A DNA stretch of 62,022 nt, counting the filler, from Sphacelaria rigidula (Eukaryota): NCBI GenBank assembly GCA_964200075.2. It is 7 parts of 7 records of this genome, joined end to end, with 100 filler letters (N's around TTAATTAATTAA, not from the genome) between each part and the next. Parts side by side here need not be neighbours in the genome. Positions count along the whole stretch, not along the records: positions 44,375 to 53,148 come from CAXNAA020010138.1; positions 53,249 to 62,022 come from CAXNAA020010139.1; 5 more parts are not named here. One strand, 5' to 3'. The notes below the pieces were generated by a model, which was not told the DNA's origin, searched no databases, and worked only from the letters and a program-made list of their open reading frames with translations. This document shows positions 52,010 through 62,022 of the stretch, one piece after another. Numbering within the stretch: the stretch's first letter is position 1; each line of letters begins with the position of its first letter. The position numbers and the translations under genes are program-made.

Positions 52010-53106
52010 TCACTCATCGTCCTCCGGCAACGGTCCACAGTCGTCGGGGAACACATTGGGGCAAAACTGATGGGACGGGTCGGCAGCAGTGGGAAGCGAG
52101 ACGAGATGCAGGCGTTGACGAGATCTAAGTCGTGATATGCGATGGACTTACGAGCAAAGGAACACACGGCAATTGTGCCTTCGCATTGCCGCTGGCAAAA
52201 AGAAAATTGTTCATATTTGTCGTTCCCGCCTTCCATGTTCTTCAGCTTAGTGCTGCACACTGCCAAAAGAAGGAAAAACATAAACGCAGTACTGAGCCTC
52301 GTGCGCGGTGCGCAGCACGCGGCACTTACCACCACAGAGTGGGTTGCATTAAAGGTGAGTAAAACACAACGAAATGCACTGCTTCGATTACCGACAGAAG
52401 AGACCTTCTCCGACCTCACGGGGGAACAGCTCGTGCCAACAACTTTCGGAGCAGGCCATCATGCACTTGCTGCGGTATATTTCACGAATCCGAACGCGTT
52501 GAAAGCGATCGGTGAAAGCTCCAGCAGCATAGCTACTACGCTACTATGCTGCTGGAAGCGGCCGTGGCGCCCTCGGTGTAGAGTCCGTGCAGGTTACGAA
52601 AACCTCCGTTACTGCACGGCGAGTATTCAATTGGTTTTGACATTTCACACTATGCAGAACTCTCAACATGCTCCAGAAGTATGTTCTGCATGCTCCAATT
52701 GCGTTTCAAGCATTACTACATGTGTGTGTTGCAGAGGTGGGGCACGGGTGTCGAAGTAAAACGCAACATCGTGGATCTGAGAAATACGCTATTATAGCGA
52801 AGAGCTCAAAAGTACGGCGAATTACTGGCCTTGGAGGGGGGCGTGATTACTGCGTGAGTTTTGCGCAAACCGCGATTGGTCATGTTTACTATGGCCATCG
52901 GTAGTGATCACTTGCGACGCAAGGAGTACTGTACATCCAATGTATCCAGTGGGAAGCGTCTCACGTCGGCATCGTTGCCCTCGAACACGGTGTCAGATGG
53001 GTACGTCGTGGTAGTCACAACGGGATCTTCTTCGCGTATGTTGTTGTAGATAGCCGCACCGTTCTCGTAGGCTCGATTGCCGGTGAATGTGGTGGACCCC
53101 GTGAGC
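52010..53106 (-). CDS. Last two exons (53106-52965, 52066-52010) of a POMP-repeat/adhesin-like beta-helix protein
   Basis: CAG|LTGSTTFTGNRAYENGAAIYNN...TVFEGNDAD|GTGAGA splices in phase to CAG|FCPNVFPDDCGPLPEDDE*. FxxN...GxAI repeat motif. Confidence 0.75.
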
Positions 53107-53248
53107 CTGGTACGATTACGACGACGGCAGCGGCGACGGGAACGGGTANNNNNNNNNNNNNNNNNNNNNNNNNNNNNNNNNNNNNNNNNNNNTTAATTAA
53201 TTAANNNNNNNNNNNNNNNNNNNNNNNNNNNNNNNNNNNNNNNNNNNN

Positions 53249-54290
53249 AGACCAAGTCTGAGACGATGAGTGGGTCCGCCGCAAACCGTTGGACGATCAC
53301 TTCCACCAAGCCTGCTCCGAAGATGTTGAACAACAGCGGAGACGAAACGCAACCTTGTCTGAGTCCCTGGCAGACAATGAACAACGCTGATAGTTCGCCA
53401 CTATCTAGCTGTACTCAAGCTCGCATGCCGTCGTGAAACATACGGATGATCTTGATCATTCGCGACGGGACTCCGAACCGAGCGAGCACTTCCCACAGGA
53501 GCGTGCGGTCTACAGAATCGTAGGCTTTCTGCATATCGATAAAGCGCATGTTTATTGGGATGTTGCTCGCCCGTCCCAACTCCTGGAGTCGGCGTACTAC
53601 GAACATCATGTCTATAGTCGATCTTTGGCGCCTAAATCCACACTGCTCTTCCAGGAAGACATCTGTTTCCTCACAAATCTCACCGAGCCTGTTGGCTACG
53701 ATTTTGAGGAGAACTTTAGCAGTATGTGCCACAAGTGAAATGCCTCTGTAGTTACTACACTGGGTCCTATCTTGTTTTTTGTGTAGCACTTTGATGGTGA
53801 CATCTTTCCATTCTTGCGGCACCTCGCCAGATGTCCAAACCGCAGAGATGATGTCGTGGAAGTGGTACAAAATGTCCGACGCCTCCCCGTTGAGTCCAAG
53901 CTTCAGGATTTCAGCAGGAATACCATCCGGACCGGTTGTTTTGCCGTTCGACATAGCTCTCAGAGCCTTCACAGTTTCACTTGGGCTTGGTGGGTCTCCT
54001 AGTGACAACGCTATTGGTCGTTGAGCAATCTTCCCGATGATGTTGCGGTCGATAGTTGCCGATATGGCGTTCAGCAACGTAGAAAAGTACCGTTCCCATC
54101 TCCCACTGATCAAACCTCTGTCCCGCAGTAAATTACCGTCCTCATCTCGAATGTATTGTTCACTCTCGATTGGTCGTCCAGACAGTCTCCACCCTCCGTT
54201 GAGATGTCTGTATCATCCTCTCATGTCCCCCGCTCGGGTATGCTCCTCTACTTCTCTAGCATTCACATCCATATATTTGTCAACCCCAGC
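53249..54290 (-). mobile_element. RTE-like LINE RT fragment, distinct subfamily, cut by contig start
   Basis: [67 protein letters not shown]. Stop at 53415. Confidence 0.92.
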
Positions 54291-56003
54291 TTGGATCACT
54301 TTTTTTTTTCCAACGTACAAGCTCAAGTCGCAGCGGACGGAGGCTGTAGACGCGGTACGACGAACATGGCGGTACCAATACAATCAACACCACAGACGGA
54401 GAGGAGAGCACAGTCCGGTCACCATGATGTTGTCTGCTCCAGCACACGCAAAGCTTTTTACATTGGGTTTCTTGTGCGGCTGTGTACACAAGCGGCGGGG
54501 CTTTCCTCAACAGAAAATGTCTGAGGGTATCATATTTACACATGCACACGCACCGAAGTAAAGTTACTCCGCGACCAATTCAGATATGCCCCCCGACGTT
54601 TCCCCCCGAGCCCCTTCTGACTGTGATTATTTTTCACTTGAATTTATTGGGGACGGTGTGTTGCTCAGGACATACTCCATCGATAAATAAGTTTAATCCG
54701 GGCGGTTCTCCACGGTTACGTGTGCGATTCAAGTGCCGATTGTTACGTTAGGTGCTCCCAACCCCAATGCATCACACTGCAGTGGCCATTTCAGGGCACG
54801 TCCCGCGGTCAGATCAGTAAGCCGGAAATGATATATTTTTTTCAGGTTTAGATGGTTCGCCTTCAAAGCAGGAGGGCAAGGCCACTGCTATCGGGTGCGT
54901 GTGGATGGTCAGCAACAGGGTGTAGGGTGTAAACAGGGAGGGTATTGCTTGCACCTGCGATCAACCCGTGAAGAGGTAGGATTGTAGAAACAAGTGTATT
55001 TGGGCGGAGCATCTCGGGACAAAAAAGGAAAAGGGGATGTCCAACAGTGTCTGTGAGCTTCAAGGCCCCAAGCTTCCCTTGTTCCGATGCAGAGATTCTG
55101 TCCTAAAGCTAAAACGCGAGTCGAAGGCGAAACGCCAAAAGTTGGAAGAAAAAAAAGCTACATCCAAATCCACACCAACCTACAGACAAGTACATGATGT
55201 AACAGTCCACACGTCGGACGAATCATGATCCGTCTGAAAATGGCTTCTCCTCAGTATGTTGATCCGGATCATGATCCGGATCACTTGCCCCCCTTTCTCA
55301 TATCTGCTCCTTATAGCACCGGACGCCGATCACGCCGAGTAGTGCAAAGGTTGCGCTTTGGCTTTCCTGACTCCGCGGTCACATATTTTGTGTTTTGGGG
55401 CCAACAGAGTCAAGAGTCTTCTTTGATCGGTTGTTTCAGACAGATCACGATCTGTTCGATGTGTAATAACAGTCTCACGACCTGCTCCTTCATCCTGTCA
55501 ATACAGACAGTGCGAGACAAACCATAGCCTAGCGTCGGTGGCTCCGGACGCGACAAGCAACAAGTAACCCATTCAAGCGCAGACAGAGCGAGCCACGGCG
55601 GTGTTTGACCCACAGTTCCTTCCGCTGGAAGCGAAATTTCACACTCTTGTACATGGAATGACTGAGAGAGATTGGTCCCGCTTCTGTTGTTCACACGTGC
55701 ATCTAGTTTAAATGTTTTTTTGGGGTAAAAATCGGATGAACTAGCGTATCGAAAGGATGCAAAAATTCGACAACGGCCAATAGCGCTACCCATGACCAAA
55801 CACAGGGAATACAGTGCTTACCTCCATGGCACGACACCACCAATAGTCCGCCACGGAATATTTGGGTTGGAGGAGCTCGAGGGCGGTGATGTGGTAGGCC
55901 GAGATGATCGTGCCTTAAGCGGGCACGTGTGTTCCGTGCATGAGACGTTGTATACCAGGCGTTCATTGTAGCCTGATGCGTGCGCGCGTCAGACTTCCTC
56001 GTA

Positions 56004-56577
56004 CTCCCTCCGATCGAAAATAAAGATCGGTAAGGAAAAAATGCTTCGTAAGTCAACCTGTCCATGAAAAATTGGGGCGGAAGTTCGATTATCACCTAAA
56101 ACATACTTTTTTCTTCGAAAACAACACTTTTTTCTCCGATTTGTTTTTCTTCGTGCTGTTTTTTTCGCTTCAAAGGTGCCGATTTTTGGCACCCTGTAAT
56201 TTTTATCCCGGTCAAGAGAGAATATGTTCGTTTTTTTATCAAGTTGTCGGTCTGCAGCATGCTCTGTATAGCCAAGATTACACCTAAAAAAAGTGACTGG
56301 AAAAAAACCTTCTCTTCGCTACATACAGGAGAAAAACGACATTCGAGTTTCCTTACTGACCAGATCTTCGGAAAATCCGTTCGGAGAAAAAAGCAATTGT
56401 TCGGAGGGGATGCAAATTTATCATCCCCTGATGTAGGCCATATCTTTCATCTGTATACCGATGGGAGCACGGAAAAAAAGAAATGGTGCAAAAATACCTT
56501 TTGTAAGGCCCTCAACGACGAAACCGATCTCATATTCTGGAAACCCTTACCGATCTTATATTTTCGATCGGAGGGAG
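56004..56577. mobile_element. Stowaway-like (Tc1/mariner) MITE, 574 bp, TA target duplication
   Basis: TA|CTCCCTCCGATCGAAAATAAAGATCGGTAAGG ... CCTTACCGATCTTATATTTTCGATCGGAGGGAG|TA; AT-rich non-coding interior. Confidence 0.9.
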
Positions 56578-59500
56578 TATTTGTTGGGATAGAGTATGAG
56601 TCGTGATCGATGCGGATAAACGAACAGTTGCAAAGTTGTGTTCCGTAGCGTGTACCGGCCTAACATGGGGTATTCATAGAAGCATTAAAGAGGTACTTTA
56701 TCGGCAATTATTCTCCCGAACCAGAGAGGAGGGTTCGGAACAGAGCTCGATACCCTACCGAACCTTACCGGAATATTCGGTGCACGTTCCAGCAGGGCTT
56801 GATGTGCCAACAAAAATTCCCACTTCCGAGTATACCCTACAGAACGCAGCCTTGAAAAGTTGAGTATAGGTCATTTGCAACTCTCCAGGTGGATAGTTTC
56901 CCACGATTTGGTCGATGGCAAACTGTCGGCGTCTTTCCCAAGAGGGCACTTCATCCACACCGCTACCCACGTTCCCGTCCCGTTCCTCACGTCGAGGGCC
57001 CATCGTACACTTCAACCACCTGAACACCCTGGCGCGATCCTTGTTGGGCATTTGAGGTACTGGAACGGTGCTCGGACGCTAGGGTGCTCCCGGAGGACTC
57101 CCGTCATTGTGATGGCGTTCACCGTGAGCCCGCCGCCCCACGCGCGGTCGGTGCGGCCCTCCTGGGCGCCTTGTTCCTTGTCCGAGCGTCAAGCGCGTGT
57201 ACCCAGGGTGCATGAAGATGGGAGTGTATTCATGATCTTGCATGCCGTCGTCACATACCCATCGACCTCGCATCCCTACAAAGCCGGGGCGGAGCACACC
57301 GGGTTCTCGCCGGACCAGGTTCGCGATCAATGAACAAGCGCGAAGCGCTGTGATGTGTTCGGCGAGTCGCATGAAGGGTGAGCTGCTTCCTGCTAGGATT
57401 GTTTGACCCGAAGCGTAGTGATTACCGTGCATTTGGATGATAGTCTCCAATGATTTGCTCCATTTTCTGGTATCGCCACGTCCATAGACAGCCATGGGCT
57501 CCATCTTTCCTCATGGGTGTCTCACCATGTAAGCACTACGTGGTATGATCATCCCCTTCGCGCGGTTGCGGTTCTCCCACCCCGCACAATATGATCTAGC
57601 TCGACAACCATCATGGTCACCGCGAAAAAAGACGAAAGCGACATGAAGATAAGGGGATGGGCATAATCATGTGCTGCTTGCCTTAGTCGTTTGACCATTA
57701 ACCACGCATCCCTTTCGAGACGGAGCACCGTTCCCACTTCTGATAGCGACACCTCCAACATTGGGGCAGTCATTACATTTTTTCCATACATTACACGAAA
57801 CCTTTTACATAGCTTATCCCCTTCCTGTTTCGCCACGGAGATGGGGAGGCGTACTCATTTGTTTCTTGCCTTAGTCGTTTGACCATTGACCACGTATCCC
57901 TTTCGATACGGAGCATTCCGTGGGGGGGGATGTAGGGAGGCGATGTCACATGCCATTCCCATGGAGCGAGCACGGGCGGATCTATTTCTCACCATGACGA
58001 AGTGTCATTCGCATCACAATCAAACGCCGCAAACGCCTCAAGCGCACAAAAAAACAAGTTCAACGAGATACCTCCCTCAGAGAGTGCGATCTTTTGCTTA
58101 CAAAGGCAAGCAATAGAGGCCGAGACCTACAATATGTCTTCCTCAACAATATATCACATAAGGGCGTCCCCGCGGTGCTAGATTTGATATTTCGTGTAAT
58201 GGCCGCTGATGGACAGAGATGCCATAATTGCAGCTAGCAGCCCAAACGTCAACCAAATTTTGTGGGGTGCCAAGTATTCGTTTTTTTTTACAAAGAGAGC
58301 GAGTAGGAATTCTTTCTTTCTTTTCTCTCCCCGTTGAACTCGGGGGAGCTACTTCTCACCGGTTTTCGTGGCGTCGCTCTTCTTATTTTTTATTTATTTT
58401 TTATTTTGGTAATGTGTCTGGTAAAGAATAGCAAGGACTGTATTGGAAAGGCGAGCCTACGTCTGTGACCACGGGTTCGCGAGATCGGACTAATGTGCGG
58501 AAATAATAATAATAATAAAAAGGATACGAAAAAGAGGTGTTGAGTTGGCGAAAGATCGGAGCGGATACCAGGAAATGCATAATTGCTGGGTCCTGAGTAC
58601 GACCTGTAACAAGAGGCGACGAGAGAGTGAAGATACAGTCGCGACACATCGCATGAAAAACATGTTGTCTTTGGCGCATTCCTCGGTATCCAAGTATACT
58701 CACGACACCCTGGGCAAAAGAATACACTGTCAAGAAGTGTTCTGTGTACAGTATCGACCATTGCACTTATTGCAGCAGACCATAGATTCCATACTGTACG
58801 CAGTATTTTATTTTACAATAGAATCTATTGTCCAGGGTATGAAACCCACAGGGCCGTACAGCTTTCGTCGAACTGGGTGGAAGGGGGGGTCAGGGGATCG
58901 GGAAGGTGTGGGGGAGAGGGAGGTGGGGGCGTACTCATTTGTTGCTTGCCTTAGTCGTTCGCCCATTGACCACTCGTCCCTTTCGAGACGGAGCACCGAG
59001 GGTGGGGGGTGTACTCGAAGCTAAGAGCGCGATGTGAATCAGGTACATATTGCCCGTCGCAGTGCCGGCAAGAGGTGCAAATGAGACACCACTCACGCCC
59101 ACATTTTACATAAACCGCTCACTGAATGTGTACATGGCGGTGTCCAGCACCGCCCTAGCGAACCACATGATGTAGGCGTTTGGTCGCCGACTGATGCTTC
59201 AGCTATGGAATCTCTGCATCGGAACAGGGGATGCTCGGGGTCTTGAAAGCTTTCAGACACAGTATTTCCCGGCGTGTTGGTCTTGCGTTGGTGGCCGCAG
59301 GAAGCCATGATCACCGCGCCAAGCAAGAGGGTTTGAATGAAATATACAGGGATGAGACGTAACTCAACGCAATCACGATCTCGCCTCAGTTGGGACAGGT
59401 GGCGGACATCCGACATGAGATAGAGCGAAGTATTTTTCCCCTCAGCACGCTGGTACTGCTTGGTTGTTGACTTGACTGGGGATGAGCATTATACCCCGTG

Positions 59501-62022
59501 ACTGACACGCTTGTTCTTGACCCAACAACCGAAGATGTTGTATCGTGACGAGGACGTCGGAAGTACGGCAACTGGTGCTAAGCTTTTTCCTTTCCCCCAC
59601 TCACACAACCAGCCACCCATTGCCTAGAAGGGCAATCCACGACCCCCTCTCCTAAGACAACCAAACACTTGCGCTGCAGCGGCGGGGTGGAATGTGCCCC
59701 ACATGCGACCATCGCCCGGTAACGCATGTTCAACCCGTGCCCTCCCGTTACTTGATGCGCTATAACAGCTTGAAGCGTGTCAAGATCGCTGAGCGTGTGC
59801 CTCTAAACACCATTCACCAAGAATTTCTTGGTCGCAACATCGCCCGATTCGCTCTAGAGTTGATCTACTTTTGCAGGCGTTAGGCGGAAGGCGTCTTCCA
59901 TACCGCGTGGTTTCAAGGCTTCGTGTATGAAGTCTCCATATTTTCCTTTTTTTCATGTTTCTCTCATTTTTCTTCCATTTTTTTTCATATTTCTCGTTTT
60001 TGTTTCTGATTACGAGCTGGAGTGTTGCAATCAGCTACGTAATGCGCGATCATCATATTTTTGTCTTTGCTCGTGCTTGTGTTTTGTGTTTGTGTTTGTC
60101 GTTATTTTGTTGTTCTTGCTGTTGTTTGTTCCTGTTGGTGGTGGAGGTGGTGGTGGTGTTTTTTGTTGTTATCGCTGCCCCCTTTCTTTCCTTTCTGAGG
60201 CCGCTGCTTCTGTCGTTTTCTCTGTTCCTTCCTTTCTTTTTTGTATTTTTTATTCTTCTGTTTGATTTTTGCTGCTCCCGTTTTCTCTCCTTCTCTCCGC
60301 GTAATGTGCTGGGCTCGACATTACATTTGCGAAGGTCATTTGCCGAGACTGGTGGGGGCCCGTCGAAATGGGATTCAGTACTATCTGCGAAACGTTTAAT
60401 TCCGCTCAATCAAATATCACCAGACACCTTTCGATTGTAACGCGGCGCAATCCTACCCGACGGAAAACCTTTCCCTAACTTTTTCCCAGCGAGTTACTTC
60501 TTGAAATGATTCTGGATAATCCTGAAGATGGCGGTATCCATAAAAATGAGTACGTTTTCCATTAGTCGACAATGATTGGCATTTTGTGTCGATCACCTTT
60601 AGGCTATTTTGATCGGTGGTGTACGCTTTAGTTGAAGAATTCCCGGGCAATTCCCAAACAAAAGGCCTAGCCAGCGTCACGTCATCCTGGCCCGAAAATC
60701 CATCCGCTCCAAACGTCCGCGGGAGACGTCAGATATCGACCGAGGAATACCGGCCAATCAGGCTGCCTGAGCGGTTTTTTGGTGGCCGAGTAGGTAACTG
60801 CGCGTTACTTTTCCCTCTCTCTCCAGTGGCGCTCTGTACTGAACAGCACGCTAGGTTACGTCCTATCCACTGGCAATACTGTGGCGTGCAGGCAATGAGA
60901 TCTGACCTGTTGATATTGAACAGTGAAGCACAGCATTGGCAATGTTGGAGCGGTCACTTTTGGAGGGGGTCGTATGCCAAGTTTCCCATCTTCGTTAGCC
61001 TGTCGCCTTTCAGGAGATGGTAGTGTTCAAGTGCCGAGTTCCCGAGCTGTCCTTGACCATGTGTCGCGCTTTCGCTTCTTCTTCACCCGCGTCAGGCAGT
61101 AAACCAGTCCCTTTTATTCAGCCGACGTATGCCGGTATGTTGAATGTGCACTTTTGCCCCTCGTTTAAACACCGCTCAAATACGAACGCTCCTGAAATAA
61201 TCATCCCTGAATGCTTCCGCTACCCTCCAGCTTCTTGTGCTTCATCCCGTTAGTCTTACAACGCATTATCCGGAGCTCCGACGGCTGGAAGATCCATCAC
61301 CTATGGTAGGTAACTGCCGTGTATTGTCACCGAGTGGGTGCGGCACTCCTACTCGCCCATCAACGTCTTGAATTGGTGGATAATTCGAGTGGTTGATTGT
61401 CGGACATTCACTGGTCAGCTCCAAATCCAGCCGTGGACTCGAAAATGAGGTGCCCGAGATAAATAAGTTGAAAGACATCGACAGTGGTGAGATTCTGTGT
61501 CAGACCATAACCTGTTTTTTTCCGCGAGTCGTTGCTCCGCCCACTATTCAGCGGTGTGTGTGAAAAAAAATATGTCTTTTTGAGAACCAGACCTCGAACG
61601 TCACCCATGGGTAGGCTTGAAATCCCCTCACACGGTACGATTCGCACGGTTCACCGTAAAACGGTCGAAATCACGAAGCGCGTGCCTCCCTCCCCCCTCC
61701 TCCCTCCCCACTTGCCTCCCTCCGGTTTTCATTTTGTGCGTTCAATCAGGACTGGAAGTATTCTCGCACAAAACCATGGGCTTCGGAGCTGTTCATCTCT
61801 ACCTCTCAAGGCCAAGGGTAGTGACGTGATCGAAGCTTCGCGCCTTCTGTCACCACTGTCGATGCAGCGGACAGGCATTGTATCGTGTTATTTCCAGGAT
61901 CTACCAGATGACGGGCTCCACGCCGTTCGTGTATCCACGATTGGGGGGGGGGGGGGGCTACACCCTATCCCCGTCTTCGTATTCTCAATGTTGGACCCTG
62001 GACGTTGTAGCCCCCAGTGGGG

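Noticed and set aside
55260..55283. Perfect 24-bp palindrome TGATCCGGATCATGATCCGGATCA
   Set aside because: A duplicated 12-mer palindrome with no supporting context.
60280..61650. Cluster of 70-135-aa ORFs on both strands
   Set aside because: No motif, no consistent splice chain, stops in all frames.

Overview
Eukaryotic, intron- and repeat-rich DNA, most likely a brown alga (Phaeophyceae; inferred from gene and transposon content). It is not one locus. Six identical 100-bp spacers (N44-TTAATTAATTAA-N44) join seven length-sorted contigs of 8776, 8775, 8775, 8774, 8774, 8774 and 8774 bp, so neighbourhoods across spacers mean nothing. Contig 1 holds a decayed Ty3/Gypsy element (RNase H, integrase, chromo-like and Tudor/PWWP-like tail, extra 3' ORF, candidate 3' LTR) and foldback repeats. 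Contig 2 holds the first coding exons of AP-2 alpha-adaptin (-) and V-ATPase subunit F (+), head to head. Contig 3 holds an intact, at least 10-exon, highly divergent and expanded DDB1-family beta-propeller gene, the most interesting item. Contig 4 has unidentified minus-strand exons and an RTE-like LINE. Contigs 5-7 have LINE remnants, SINEs, MITEs including a Stowaway-like one, long hairpins and the 3' end of a POMP-repeat protein gene. All protein assignments are by-eye motif comparisons; no database search was run.
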